DNA of 64,000 nt from Eledone cirrhosa (GCA_964016885.1 OZ024745.1:113088001-113152000), one strand, 5' to 3'; positions 29,501 through 45,081 are shown, counted from the first letter of the stretch. Made by a program: numbers and translations. The notes: a model not told the origin generated them from the letters alone.

Positions 29501-30727
29501 CCAGAGGTATATTTGCCTATTAATGTCCAGAATAATTGCAGTTGCCCGAAAAGTTTAAAGTCATTATATTTGAGATCTTTTCTGTATTTTTATTTAGTAT
29601 GCATGTATTTCCCATTAGCTATACTTTTACCTATATATTTATACTTCATATTCTACCAATATCATCACTGCGGCGATGGAGAGGGTTAGGCGGTGGGATG
29701 TGAAGCGGATCTCTAAGGATGATAATGATGACGGTGATGACCACAATCATCACGACAATTAATATTATGACGATGATGATGGTGAGGAAGATGACGACTT
29801 GAAAATTTTCTAATATTGTAATTACCCTGCAGTGCTGCTGCCTTAATGTCATGATCTAAAATCTTGCTTGAAGCATTATTATTGGGAATATTATAGTGGT
29901 GGAGATAAAACTACATAATGGTGGAATCGTAGCATCAGATGAAATGCCTCAAGTCAGAAACATAGTAGCTGGCATGGGAAAGAGAAAACATTATATCACA
30001 TACGTCTATTACAAATCAATATTACAAATCAATATTAGAATTGTTGGGAGCCCACTATTGAAATATACTTTAAAAGCCAATTTTAATCCTAAGGTAAGGT
30101 GGACTAACTAACTTCTCTAAAAGCTTTACGAAACTAATGTATGTCAAACAAATTCTGATCTCCCCCACCGGGACGTTGTGTGATAAAGTAAGAAATTTTT
30201 CTTAATTTAAACAGATCTTTCCGAATGCGTCTTTCAAACATAGTCTATCATCTCTAACATTGTTAGTTTGTGCAAGTGTAGAACACTGCCCATCTTGTTT
30301 TATCATATCATTATATACAATAATCAGATGTCACGATGCATTTGTTGGTACTAATGTGATCGAGCGGTCCTCTAGTATGTAAGTAAACAGCTAAAAATAT
30401 CTATTGTATAATTTGCATTAGACCACTGACTGTTGTTCCTTTCTCTTGGCTAGAAAGAAACACACACACAAATACATGCTCACATACAGACACACATACA
30501 CACAGACCCCCCCCCCCATACACGTGCATATATGCATACAAGAAGATTTAATAAAAAAAATAATCATGGGAAGAAAGGAGAAGAAGCATAAAAAAACAGA
30601 AAACTAAAAAAGGAGGATGTAACTCTGCTTTGAAAAAATGTTTCCTGGAAAATAGCTGAGAAAAAAGAACAAATGTTATAGAACGTTAGTTTATCTGCTA
30701 CATGTATATATATATTGATTTCTTATA

Positions 30728-30931
30728 TATAGGCACAAAGCCAGCAATTTTGGGGAATGGGAAAGTTGATTAAATCGACCCCATTGCGTGACTGGTACTT
30801 TATTTTATCGACCCCGTAAGGATGACAAGCAAAGTTAACATCGGCGGGATTTGAACTCAGATCATAAAGGGTCGTAACTATTTTTTGCAAAGAATGGCAT
30901 TCTGACCCTCTACCGATATTGCCAATCCACC
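30728..30931 (-). mobile_element. SINE family 1 (long form)
   Basis: Core TTTATCGACCCCGTAAGGATGA and head GCCAATCCAC. Confidence 0.85.
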
Positions 30932-31894
30932 GTATTATTAATATATTATCAATGCATGTCTATATATCCATTCATATATACACACACACACTCTCACGTT
31001 GTTTGAAGATCAGGTGATCCTTCAAATTGTATCGTTTTAAATCCTTATATCTGTATTGTGCCCATGTTCGTTAGCCAATCGATGGCAATCATTCAAAGTA
31101 AAGGATAACTGAAGGCCCATATTAAAGCAGAACACTCCTAGATGTTGGTGTCAAAGATAAGATCCAATATATTCGTAAATCCTCCCTACAAAATAGATCC
31201 AGGAATAGACCCAGAAAAAATATTTGGTTCATATCGCCTTTATCTTCAGACGTAAAAACTGTCGTAGGTAAAAAGAAAAAACAAAACACCAAATATCTGA
31301 CCACGAACATACTACCTTTATACTCTTCTGTGGCTTTTCTCATTTTATTATTTTCTCGCTATTTACCCCCTGTTAATGAAACGTTTACCTAATACTCTTC
31401 CTATCTTGATATGCTCATTATCTATACTATAAAGCTGACGGCCGTATGTAAGTAACAAACTTTCCGCCAAGCGACTGGACCAAACGGCACCAAGTTTGCA
31501 ACTTTTTCCAAGTAAGAAAGTGAGGGTATTTTTGTCTACTGAATTTTGTTAAAAGATTAAAGACATTATTTAAATATTCACTTTAAAATTTTCAACACTT
31601 CCGGTTATACGACATTCTTAACGTCTTCACGAACCAAAGTATCATCTTAGTGCTTTCTTTCGCTTGCAACGTTTTTCGAAATATTTACTTCTGTGCTTGC
31701 AGATTGATTTTTTTAGTCTTAGAAGATCCTGTTAAGGGTGAAAGCAGCGATTCTTTGCTTAAACTTTAATCGGTTATTTTAATATATATATATAAAAAAA
31801 AGGAACGGTCAACTTTCGTCAAATCGGACCGAGGGAACAATGTTTCCGTTGGTCTTTCCAATTGCTAATACTATCTATCGGTCGCAACTCCAGG

Positions 31895-32012
31895 TAGAAG
31901 GAGCAACGTGAAATAAAGTGTCTTGCCCAAGGACATAACGCATCGCCTGGTCCAGGAATCGAACTCACAACCTTACGATTGCGAATCCATACCACTCAGC
32001 CACACGCCTTCA
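31895..32012 (-). mobile_element. SINE family 2
   Basis: AAGTGTCTTGCCCAAGGAC and GGAATCGAACTC. Confidence 0.75.
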
Positions 32013-33131
32013 CATATATATATATATATATAATTATATATTCGTGTACAGATATTTTTGCATACACAAAAACAAAATATAAACAAACGTATTTATTTCA
32101 CGACAGCACGGACGGCTTATCGCCATTGATACTACCGATATGCCACCCAAAAAGTCCTAGCCTGTCCGCAAGATCAGATTTTTCAGAAGAAAAAAAAATG
32201 TTACTATTGCAGCACAGAGACTAAGCTTCGCGATTACCATCAACAAATCCCAGGGTCAAACCCTAAAAGTGGCTGGCCTTCATTTGGGAAAACTATGGTC
32301 AATTGTATGTAGGATGCTCTAGAGTGAGCTCGCCAAACAATCTCTTCATCTTTGCTCCCGAGGGCCGAATAAAAAATATTGTATACTCTGAGGCTCTAAC
32401 AATCTAATTTATGTATTTTCTGTTACTTGGAATTTCTATTATGGTTGTACAAATTATTGTAAAGTTTGTTAAACAATGTGTTCTCTGTTTAACCTTTATT
32501 GTTGTATCTATCAATTTTCTTTAACGTACTGGCTGAGAAAAGAAACCTACAATGAAAGAACATCTTAAAGTTTACCCAAGCCAAATGTTGTATTTTTTAA
32601 CATTTCTATCTGCAGGTTCTTAGCAAGATTACTGGCGCTTTAGTATGGTATTCAATTCTCATATCGTTTTTGATTGATATGGTGCATATATCACAGCTAT
32701 TCATATGTTTTAAACATTAGATATAGATTGCTGATGTATATTGTACGACAGAATTAGCTGGAAAATATTTTGAATGAACAAATAAAAGAGATATAAAAGA
32801 GAGATGTATGTTGGTTGGTTCCTTCGCGTATTACACGAAAAAAACGAAAAGTGACAATCGGAAAGTTTGTACAGGATTGGGATAAGAGTATATCCAGGAA
32901 AGTTTATTGATACTAATTTTATAACACCAAAGAAGAAGAAAGACATATCACGTATGTAAACCAACCTGACTGCTATTTCTAGCAGGTTGGGAATCAACCA
33001 TAAGGGATTCTCTCTGCGAGTTGGTTGTCAGTGATGATCGTGTTTCGCGGCTTATGTCCCCGATTCCAACGGTGGTTTATAAACACACACACACACGCAC
33101 GCACACTCACACACACGAACACTCACACATG

Positions 33132-33175
<44 letters not shown>

Positions 33176-33872
33176 AACACACACAAACATACCCACACAC
33201 ACACTGTAAACAAGACAATGCATTCAATACAGACGTTTTCCCTTTTGTCGGTCTTCTCTTCTGCCGGTTTTCTCTTATCATTTGTTAACCTTGACGAAGC
33301 TGGGTACCTCAGCTAGTATTTACATAAAGTAAACATATTGACGTTCACACAAGCAGTCAAATGTGTTTAAACACATAAACAACTGCCATTACGAGTGTGT
33401 GTTCGTACATGTGAATGGGTGTATAAATAGATATACATTGATTATATAACTCCAAGGGTCAGCCATGTCAGATACTATGTCACATTGTTCAGTCAATTAC
33501 ACATTAATTTCATGAGAATGCTGTTCATTTGGTTGAACAACTGGAACACTCAGCATCGAAATGGACGGAGATCCATTCCACTACTAACACAGGGAAATGT
33601 ATTACTGTTGTTGATACTGATGTTGTTACTACAGACGTATATATTGTCAAGAATAGCAGAATTATAAAAAAAATGTTTTGTAGTATTTAGTTACTTGGTA
33701 TTACGTTCCAAGTTCAAACCAACAAGTGTCGCCTCTATCTTTGACCTTTCCTGACAGTTAGATAAAATAATTATCAAATATCACTATCAGACCGTTTGTA
33801 AGTTCAATACAATTGCCCCCACCCCTTCTATCATGTTAATACAAGAAAACATTGATAACGTCTTACTGCTTT

Positions 33873-34075
33873 GGATGATGATGATGATGATGATGTTGAT
33901 GGTGGCGGCGGCGGCGGTGGTGGTGGACGACGACGACGATTTTTTGGTGATGGTGGTGATGGTGCTGATAATGATGATGATGATGATGATGATGATACAT
34001 TGATCAAGAATGACGACGAAGTTGATGATTTTGATAATTGTAATGATGAGGACAGTGATTTTGTTGTTGATGCTA

Positions 34076-34117
<42 letters not shown>

Positions 34118-34185
34118 ATGATGGGGATGATGATGATGATGATGCAATGAGAAAGATTATAATGCTGAAGATAGTAATGATAATG
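33873..34185. repeat. Compound trinucleotide repeat (GAT/GGC/GAC/GCT)
   Basis: Direct reading. Confidence 0.9.
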
Positions 34186-35348
34186 AATATAAGTTTCGCA
34201 TATTACGAGTTCACCGTCGCATTATTTTCGCTATAAGGGTAGACACGTTCTTGTCACTGTGATTTCATGCTGTTGCTGCTTTTACTGTTTTTCCCACTCT
34301 TGTTGTTGTTGTTGTTATTGTTATTCCTGCTATACTGTCTTCAACACAGTCATTTGATTATTTGTTGTATAGCATCTGCTCATATATTCCGCACAGATGC
34401 AGCTCTGATGATGATTTTCTGCTACCTATTCCTATAGCTTATGTCTCTGATGTAAACATGAAAGAAAAGTCTTCAAAGAAAATTCTCGTCCAGTAACCGA
34501 AGAATATTTATATTTATTGCTTCTTATATTCATTCCCTTTCTTGCGATTTAGATTTATTGTATATTTTCAGAAAACTTTTATCTCCATTCTAAATTATTT
34601 CAAGCATTTCTCACTTTTTCTTTCTCAATTACCATTTTCACTTACTGGTAATCTGAGTAAATAACCGAATTTCTGCACGAGTATTCCGTGGAAACTTGTC
34701 ATAGTCTGTCCCTGTAACAATAGTCATGAAACCAAAGAGAGTTAATTGGTGTTAATAAATGTAATTGCTGTAAGGAGTGAAAATGTTTCAAGTTTCAGAT
34801 ACTGGTCTTTTGATGTAGAACTTTCTCACTCTTCACGGCAATCAAACTGCTTGGTAATAGGAATCTTTTTTTAAAGTATCTCTCCAACTATCTCTTATTT
34901 TATTCACTTGTATTCAGGTAGTACAACGAAAATTTCATCTCCAAATTTAATAGAAGGAAAACATTTTGCTAGTTTTAAATTATATTTGAGATAAACAAAG
35001 GTAATATACTCACTGAAAAGATTAGAATGAAATCTAGGTGACAACTTTGCTGATTTCTCATAGAACTCCTCCAAACAACCTATTCTCAAAACAGCTATTA
35101 TTAAGCTATTTTCTCCATTTGCAATATGCCAACCATCAATCAGTCTATAGCGTTATTTCACATAGCAACTATCGAATTATTATAACACTCATTGCTATAC
35201 TATATATACGCCAGTATACAAATTGTTATAGTGCTAACGCCAGTATATACGATATTTCTGTATGCATTTATAACCCACTCTTCTAAAAGTTAGGTGAATG
35301 ACCAATAATCATGTGGAAATAAAAGTAGCAGTGTTTAAAAATGGCAAA

Positions 35349-35530
35349 TAATTGTTTCTACTTTAGGCACAAGGCCAGCAATTACCCAGTGCATTACTGG
35401 TACTTTATTTTATCGACCCCGTAAGGATGAAAGGCAAAGTCAACCTCGGCGGGATTTGAACTCAGATCGTAAAGGGACGTAACTATGCTGGAAAGCATGG
35501 CGTCCGACCCTCTACCGATACTGCCAATCC
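35349..35530 (-). mobile_element. SINE family 1 (short form)
   Basis: Matches the family consensus closely. Confidence 0.9.
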
Positions 35531-36941
35531 ATAATATTAAATATTACCTAGTTTGTGAATAAGGAATGGTGTAACTGGTTACGCTATAGCAATATATACT
35601 TCTTATTTTAAAACTAATTATCAAAAATGGAAAAATGCTAACCTCCAATTCACTATGCATGATATTTCGTCTTCCACTATAGAACGTTCCATTTCGAGAA
35701 ATATAAAGAATTATTATAGACAGTTTTTCAACAGTAGAGACACATTGGCTTATACGTTCTCATGTAAATTCACATGCTTCATAATTTCATTCATGCGGTA
35801 TTTCTTGGAGAAAACATCGAATTAAAGCGGGATACCTTAATATATTTGCACCAACAGCTCATTTGTTCAAACTTTTACTTCAATGAATAAAATGACGAAA
35901 AGAAATTAAGTGGCAATTAGAAAGACAACGACGGTGAAATAGAAAAACAATGAAAACGAAAGAACAGAAGAACACACGGAAAGAACAAAACAGCAGAGAC
36001 AAGAGAATCTGGTAAGCATGCATAACCATATTTGCACAGGGTTGTCAATCGAATTCGATGATAGTCTCCGCTGTTCAATTGCAATTCATTTGATGATTGT
36101 ACTATTTAAAAAGCAGCAGCAATGGAGGGAACAACCACGTACTGACCGGAAAGTCAGGTATGATAACAGCAGAAAGATGCTCTCACGAATTTGGCAGTAT
36201 TTCATTGACATAGATAAGTATGATGTCACGACAGTGCCAACGACAATGATTACCAGTGGTATCAAACATCTGTGATCCTCATTGCATTCTCAATGAAGAC
36301 TCTTAGTGACGTGTCAGAGGCACATTTCTCAGTATAAATATCTTCGTGTGAAAGAGATAGATCCATCCATTGGTAAGTGCTGTACCAGGCAACAAGGAAC
36401 TCCATCGCAGAAATCACTGTAAAGCTGATCACTGCAAATTATTTCTTTTTTTTTCGGGGTGTATTCCTCCAGCTTCTGTCACCTTGTACTTTATTACAAA
36501 GTAACATAAAGAACAATTTGTCCGTAAGTTGTCTGTCAGCACGTTTATTTGGAATTTACAGTATTTCTAGATACCAAAAGCGAACTGATATAGAGTCGTT
36601 AAATCTACATTGGGTTCATCTGCTTTTTTTTTTATTGTGACAGGTTTTGTTTTTGTCTTTCTGGGTTTCTAACAACCCACTGTATCAAGTTAGTCTCGTG
36701 GAGCTGCGGGTTTAATCACAGAATTTGATGGATAATAAATTAACCAGTAGTTTTCAATATAAGCTGGTACTGATACACTTAACACATATGGGTACAGACA
36801 GATAGACACATACGCACAGAAGCAAATGAACACTGCATAGACATGTATTCCTATATGTAAAGGTATATGTGCGTGTGTGTCTATATAAACTGCTGACCTT
36901 GTGTCAAAATATAGAAACAATTATTAAATAAAATATCCAAG

Positions 36942-37150
36942 TGGTGGATTGGCAGAATGAGAGTGTCGGGGAAAAATACTTTGCAGCATTTAGTTAAGGT
37001 CCTTTGTGTTCTGAGTTCAAATATCGGCGAGGTCAACGTTGATTTTTTTCTTCTTCCGGGGTGGATAAAATAAAGTAGTACTGACGCATAGACGCCGTGT
37101 AATCAACTCCCTCCCCCCACAAATTGTTGACATGGGCCTAAATTCGAACC
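36942..37150 (+). mobile_element. SINE family 1 (older long form)
   Basis: Diverged head and core; flanking ATTATTAWATAAAATATC repeats. Confidence 0.75.
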
Positions 37151-37277
37151 CATTATTATATAAAATATCTTTATGTAAGAAATCCATATGGCTGCTACAT
37201 TTTCTTTAAATTCATGAAATTGTCGTCATTTCTAACGACACAGGTACTGTGCACACACACATATATATATATATACA

Positions 37278-37364
37278 CAGGTGCCCCCCCCCCCGCCAAA
37301 AAAATGTATACACACTTCAACAGCATTCTAATTGAAGTGTATATACATTTTTGGGGACACCCTG
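37278..37364. mobile_element. ~87-bp Tc1/mariner-type MITE
   Basis: Inverted ends CAGGTGCCCC..AAAAATGTATACACACTTCAA / TTGAAGTGTATATACATTTTTGGGGACACCCTG|TA in a TA run. Confidence 0.75.
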
Positions 37365-37371
37365 TATATAT

Positions 37372-37407
<36 letters not shown>

Positions 37408-37881
37408 AGAATGTATCAGTGAGGAAAAGACAGAAAGGTTCAGGAAGTCGATACGGCGACAATGAATTTCAATATGTAGTGTTAACTGGTTAAAAAGAAT
37501 ATCGCGTATCCATTTTCATTCTGGTTTTTAACATGACAAGTATAAATATATACGTTTGCTTGGAGTCTAATTTCTAGAAGTTTAAAACGTTCTTCAAGCA
37601 TAACAATTTAACGATGTCGATTTATACTCCCTTACGAAAGCTTTCATATGTAACATGTGTTGTACTACACAGGCGGTTATATAAATAAACACGTAGCTAT
37701 TTAAGGAGGAGAACTGAATAGAGTGAGATTTGGTGGAAAACCTGAATAAAAATGTAGAAGCAACATTAAACGTTTTATGCAGGTGTGTATGTATGTATAT
37801 ATATATATATGCATATATGTATGCATGTACGTATGTATGCATTCACACACACGTACACACATATATGTATATATCAACACA

Positions 37882-37963
<82 letters not shown>

Positions 37964-38023
37964 ATAAAGTAAAATGACAGGATGCCAAATATGTTGAATG
38001 TCCTTAATTGTTTATTTCTGCAA

Positions 38024-38081
38024 ACACTATGCACATTTCAGTGGGCAGGTTGCGTAAGAAGCCGGTCACATCTTCAGGTGT
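38024..38081 (-). ncRNA. Decayed type I hammerhead ribozyme
   Basis: Reverse complement: ACAC-CTGAAGA-tGTG...CACt-GAAA-TGTGCA-TA-GTGT; ~60 nt from a (GA)n tract. Confidence 0.6.
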
Positions 38082-38847
38082 ACATTGCATAATATATGTA
38101 TACCAAAGGAATGATAGTAAACACATTCCAAGAGGCTTTAAGGAAAAAGGCAAAGAAAAAGCAGAGAAGAAAAAAGTGTTTATGTTTTTGACCCAGAGAC
38201 GATCGAAGCAGCATTTGTTATTATGCCCCGTTGTATCTGAGTGATTAACTTCAACAGATCCTTCTGTTTGTTTGCTAAGCAGGTAGGGGGATGTATTGCT
38301 TATTGAACGATTCACTACTACCGCTCAATTCTAACAACCTTCGGACAGCAGGCCTGGTGTCATTTTACTTTATAATATATTTGAGTGCGTTCCCGCACCA
38401 CCAACATGATTCAACATCAAATATGGATGAGTTGCATAAGGTTTTGCCATATTACGTTATGGTTAACATTGCAGAATTCTAGCCGGTGGTAAACCACCAA
38501 ATTTAAACGCATATATATATATATATATTGTCCCCACAAAAACTGTTTTAATTCTAGTTATTATATGATTTAGTCAGTCTTAAAAATAATCAAGTACTGT
38601 GAATGATTTAGTAGAGTGTGTTATTAATAGGTACAGTAGTCAACTAATACAGAATAATACATTCTTTTATTGTCTTAATACGCCGCTTTCAAAGTAGTTT
38701 AGTCAATCATATTGACTCCAGAAAAGAGTACCAAATTAATCAAGCATTCCTAATATTAAGAGCAGTTATTTGAGCTCATAGTGTCGAATTATAAGTTGAA
38801 CATGTGGACATTTGTGTGTCGTGTGTATTATTACAATTGTAGCTTAG

Positions 38848-39070
38848 GGCTGTGGATTGGCAGTATCGGTAGAGGGTCGGACACCATGCTTTGCAGCATA
38901 GAGTTACGGTCCTTTATGATCTGAGTTCAAATCGCGCCGAGGTTAACTTTGCCTTTCATCCTTACGGGGTCGATAAAATAAAGTACCAGTCACGCACGGG
39001 GGTCAATTTTATCTACCCCCCCCTTCTCCCCTCAAAAAGAATTGCTGGCCTTGTGCCTACATATAAAACC
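38848..39070 (+). mobile_element. SINE family 1 (long form)
   Basis: 20-bp direct repeat ATTATTACAATTGTAGCTTA on both sides. Confidence 0.92.
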
Positions 39071-39649
39071 ATTATTACAATTGTAGCTTAACAAATCATC
39101 TTCATCGGAGAATGAATAGTCTTCACGATACTTTCAAATCTATTTTATATCAAGACATAAGAGAATACAGGTTTTCTGTATTTATTTCTCATTTCATTCA
39201 CCCTGATATGCCTGCATCACTAACATGACTACTGATTATTCCTTTCAATAATGAAATTGTTTACAATATGTAGATTACATATGGTATAAACGGCTGATGT
39301 CAAATCATGATGACTGAACGTCATCATCTCAGATAAACTCAATTTAAATAAGTTAGGAGAATGAAGAGAAATGTAGTTTTGATTCATTGCCAATCTACGA
39401 TGAATTAACAAAAGGCTGTTTATCGTATAATTCGTACAATTCTCTGAATCTGGATTCTCTCTTTGCATGCACGGCCCTGTAGCTCCTGATACAGTCGTAA
39501 AGGTGCCTTAGTGGCATGCTTCGTTTCTATGGCGTTTTAATCCTGGCGGAGCCCATCCCTCTCCAGGTCTGAACACAGTAGATTTCTCCCAGAGAAGGAT
39601 TGAGAAAGTAAGAGAGAGTACCTGAGAAAGATATATGAAGGACGAATCG

Positions 39650-39770
39650 ATCCAAGTACTGGTACTTTTTATCGACCTCGATGGGATTTGAACTCAGAGG
39701 GCAGAGAGCCGGAACGAATGCCGTAAAGCATTCTATCCGATGTTCTAACCACTCTGCCAATTCGTTGCCT
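39650..39770 (-). mobile_element. Diverged family-1-related SINE
   Basis: TACTGGTACTTTTTATCGAC..GGGATTTGAACTCAGA..CTGCCAA. Confidence 0.6.
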
Positions 39771-40573
39771 TCCCTTCTCTCTTTATGGATCTCCACACTC
39801 TCCTTACTACCAGACATTCACCCATTACGGGGCTTTCTTCATTGACCTTATCAATCGCAGTTGCAAAGTCATTCATTCCAGGCACTAAATGAATATCCTG
39901 TGCGTTTGTTCTCTTATCATGTTTTCCATGACGAGACTATTGGTACTATTTTGTTTCCTTATATATGCGGATCATTTTCAGTTGTAAACCAAAACTCAAT
40001 ATTTATTCTGTTGGAACATTCCTTCGAATAATCTTCGTCATAAATGTATCTCACTCATCATCATCATCATCACAAAAACAACCATCTCTCAGACTATCTG
40101 TAATTTCAAGCCAGCAAGTTTGTTATTTGTTCATCTTAGGCGTATTTAATTGTCACGTGTTTGTTAAAATACCCAGATTGATTTAGAGAAGGCAATTGTT
40201 TTGAAGACAATATGTAGTTAGTTCCATCACTTGTGAAATTCGCCGATAAGGAAGTCAAGGTCTGCTTCTTATCACTCTAGTTTAATTTTGCTAGTCTGAG
40301 GTTGAAAGCCAGTAGTCAGTTTTTTACAAGACCCGAATCTTTGGGCTGGATATACGCTTACTTAGTTTTGTTGTACTTATTCCATATATAATAGATAATT
40401 ACGTATTTAATATTCTTTCATTAAAATTCATTTCGTTGACCCTACCATGAAATAAAATAAAACTTAATCTCATTTTCAAAATTGACAATTGTTTAATTAC
40501 ATTAACAGGTGTTATCAAGTCTGATATAGACAGACGTTTTACTATATTCACTCAATAATAATGATAATAATAA

Positions 40574-40963
40574 TAATTGTTTCTACTTTAGGCACAAGAC
40601 CAGCAATTACCCAGTACATTACTGGTATTTTATTTTATCGACCCCGTAAGGATGAAAGGCAAAGTTAACCTCAGCGGGATTTGAACTCAGATCGTAAAGG
40701 GACGTAACTACGCTGGTAGCGTGTCTCACCCTCTACCAATACTGCCAATTCAATGGTTTATTATATAGACACAAGGCCAACAACTTTGGGGCAGGGGGAA
40801 GTCGATTAAATCGACCCCAGTACATTAATGGTGCTTTATTTTATCGACCCCGGAAGGATGAAAGGCAAAATTAACCTCGATGGGATTTTAACTCAGATCA
40901 TAAAGGGCCGCAACTCTATACTGCAAAGCCTGGCGTCCGACCCTCTACCGATACTGCCAATCC
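40574..40963 (-). mobile_element. Two tandem family-1 SINEs (short form at the tail of a long form)
   Basis: Two cores and two heads within an (AAT)n tract. Confidence 0.9.
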
Positions 40964-41589
40964 AAGAATAATAATAATAATCATCATAATAATGATAATA
41001 AGAATAAGAATAATGAAACGTTTGTAAAAATATTCAAAAGATCAAAATATAGAAGTAGAATAAAAATCAAATTATAGGAATAAAACCAAGGGGAAGGTGG
41101 GAAAATGTAAACAAAGACAACAAATGTATCTCAAATGTTAAAATTTAGAATGTAAAATCAAATTGCAGAGATTGCAAAATATCATATAACACTTCTAATT
41201 AGATTTCCAAAAAGTGAGATTAATGCATATGGTGATAATTTTACATTATTTGGAATAATTGAAAAAAAAAAAAATGTATACAAATTTTAACACTATGCAA
41301 CAAATAATAATTTCTTTAAACTCATATGCAGGTGAAATTCTAAAACCTAAAAAACTACCACGACAACAAGAACAAAAACAAAACATGTAAGTCTTGTATA
41401 AACAACATATGAGTGAATATTTGAATACCGGAAAGGAAGGCTTCGTATTATTGCGAACCAGAGCATTAATCATAAGCTTTAACAACACTGCTAATATATA
41501 TATATATATGTATATGTCTGTGTGTGTATGCGTGAGTGGGGTTGGGGTATGAGTGTGCTTGAATATGTGTATGTTACTAAATAAAATAA

Positions 41590-41776
41590 TTGTTTCTACT
41601 TTAGGCACAAGGCCAGCAATTACCCAGTGCATTACTGGTACTTTATTTTATCGACCCCGTAAGGATGAAAGGCAAAGTCAACCTCGGCGGGATTTGAACT
41701 CAGATCATAAAGGGACGTAACTATGCTGGAAAGCATGGCGTCAAACCCTCTACCGATACTACCAATCCACCGCCCT
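41590..41776 (-). mobile_element. SINE family 1 (short form, full length)
   Basis: Flanking TTACTAAATAAAATAAT direct repeats. Confidence 0.92.
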
Positions 41777-43221
41777 TACTAAATAAAATAATACACGTTA
41801 GAAGGCTGAAAAAAATACCTCAACATTGGTTTTGGATCTCAGTGCCCTAAGTTCAAATCCCACCGTCATCAAATTTCCCATTCTTTTGGGTGTCAATGAA
41901 TAAAGTATGTTTTGTTGTATCTGTCCCGGTTCCGTGCATTCTGAGTTCGAATCCTCTATCCTGCAATTGGAAGAACGGTGATGCTTTTCTCAAGTGATGT
42001 GACCTGCAGATCATATTACCGACGGAAACACCAATGAAAACAAGTATTACTTCATCCGAATTTTGAATCTGCTCGTTTCCATTTTTTTTTGTTCTTATTA
42101 AATCTATCATTGAACATATATCGAGCATTTTTCGTTTCTATTTCGTTAGAGTGATTTACAGAATAAATATAGCGATAATATTTAATTAAACCAACCACAA
42201 AATGCTGTTTTGCCATTGAAATAAACACATCTTTTATTTTGTTTCGTTTGAAAATAATAGCTAAAAAAATGTGGTTAACAGAAAACCAAAACGAAACAAG
42301 ACAAAACATAAAGAGAATATTTGATTACAAAAACCTATTTATTTTTCTATTCAAATGAAATGTTATAGCACAGACGCGTGTGTTTTCTTTAACGCAAAAA
42401 AAAAACAACAACAAAAAACAAAACAAAACAAAAGACTAACAATCAATAAAAGAATTTTATATACTTAGCTTCTACTACAACCCTAAAACTATAAATGACA
42501 TGTTTGATATACCTGCTTCAAATATGATAGTTACATACACCATTTGAATTATATTTCTTTTTACTATTATGTGATTTCATATTAAATGTATCAGTTTATA
42601 GTCATATGACTATCGCTTCAACTTCGAGGTTGTTTCTTATGAATAATATGGTAATCAGTAATAACTTGATATTATGTTGTACATAGTGTATTTAACTACT
42701 ACAGACATTGTAGTATGCAAATTTGGCGCACAGATATTGATAAAACTCATCTTTTACGTATGGTCGATTCAGTGACAAACAAAAGTATGATGACCTATAG
42801 AAAAAATTGAAGTGGCTGATATATTTTTATTTTTGTAATTACAGAATTACCATATTAACCGATTGAATACTTCCGTGCGAGCGCTTATATATGTCTGTGT
42901 GCATATAAACAATGCTATTTGATAAACAAATTAATGTTATGGCTTGGCTTACAATAATCTAAAGCCATCTTTTCTGATACAATCTCGCTCGGCGTTAGAC
43001 TACAAGTTGTCTCCGTTTTTCTATAGAAATTTAATGTACATGTTATTACAATGAAGGAATTAACCATCCAGCATCGTTATAAATTCCATTGTTCGTAGAA
43101 TGTTAACAATTCTGTAGATATATGTCTGTTTGTCTGATTTTGCACACACACACACACACACACACACGAACAAACACAAACAAACAATACAAACACATAA
43201 TTAGACACACACACTCATATG

Positions 43222-43303
<82 letters not shown>

Positions 43304-44879
43304 AATATATATATGTATATATTTACACACACACACATATATATATATGACAAATTTGTGTGAAGTTTTGTGATGCGGAATTATCATTATTATAAACTTA
43401 TTTATTTACAATAGAACCCTCTAGTTAATAGTTAAAATAGTAATAATTAAGGTTCTTTGTTCTTGCATCCTCCCCTTGGGCCTTTTACAGGTGTTTGTAC
43501 TTCTCAGAATTTCGAACCGACATTTCGTTTTTCCATGCCAGGGATATTCTCGTTTTAATTAGTTACTTATGAGGTCACTTGCTTGTTTATGCTTTAGGAT
43601 TTGTATATAGTATATTGTCTTTAGATAAATTATGCTCTGTTAAATTCAATATATCTTGGAAAATATCGACTTGTATTATAATGGCTCAAATATCACACAC
43701 TGAGGAATCCATTGAGTTAGTAGTTTGAATGGAATGGATCTTCAATTGCAAGAGAGTGGCTAGATTCTACATATACGTTCACGCATAGATTTTATACACT
43801 CTTCAATTAAATCAATACTAAAGCAAACCAATACTAACTAGACGCCATCGCATTACCGAGCACACAACACAACAACAAATTGCTCAAATGCCAATACCTA
43901 ACCTATCAACCTAAATCCCAACAGCCAACCCGCAAATTAAGATACACCCAACAGCTTTCACAATCGATCATAGAGTCACTATAACACCACTAAATGATAT
44001 CCAGAGAATCCATACTGGATTTACAGTATACTGAATCAGGAGAAAACAGCCATAAAACGTCATCTCACTATTTATATATAGAATAAAACGTCATCTCACT
44101 ATTTATATATACATACACTGATAAGCACATATATGCATGAGTAAATATATGTACGTAGATGGAATAGTCGTTTAAAAAAAAAAATGGAAAAATATTTGTC
44201 GATCGGAGAATTACTTTATTTTAAAATCCTATCAGCTTATTCGGATTATAATTTCTCATAATGTGAAATATATTGTAAAACTAGTCATTGCAATTAACTT
44301 CATTGAATGTCTATATCATGAACGAAGTCTAGCACAAACGACGTCTCAACGAATGTATGTCTACGTGGTCATTGAACATATTAGAAATGACAGCAACATC
44401 GCCCGCAAATTACGCCAAATCACCATTAAAAACCTAAGAACACATTACATAATGTACTCTGCGATTCACCTGCCCACCCCACATAAATAATCCCTGTTGG
44501 AATGCTGATTATCATAAGTCTATTTGATGAGAGTTAGCCTGAGGCTAAACAACAATTACAGCAACAACAATAACAGGAGCATCGCAGAAGCAGAACATTT
44601 AACTCAAATTACAAAACATCTGACACAGAAAACTACTTTGGTGAATAATTGCTCCAATTTCAAATGCTTCTGTCACACGACAAGGAATTTACTTCAGTGA
44701 TATCAAGACACATTTTCTTTATATACAATGCCTTTAAAAGCATGAGCATAAGTATAATTAAGAATTAACGTGTGAAAGAGAAAGCAAGGAAGAGAGAGAG
44801 AAAGAGAAGGGGGAGAGAGACTGGAGAGAGATAGTGGAGGTAGAGGAAAATAGGGAGGGAGAGGGAGAGGAAGATATAT

Positions 44880-45081
44880 ATATGTGAGAAAAACCACAAA
44901 CCCTCCATCTCAATTCTACTTTTGAAAAGCAGAAGAACTACGAAACCGGTAAAAGAACCAAATAAATATATATTCTAAAAAATAAAGACTCCAGTTGCAT
45001 TTTCGATTTCATATTTTTTCCTTATACTTTCACTCGTGTAGGACACCTCGGTTATTTTTCATTTTGTAAAAAAACCCTCAC

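Noticed and set aside
33871-34236. Poly-Asp/Gly/Ala ORF
   Set aside because: Compound trinucleotide repeat with no domain or splice support
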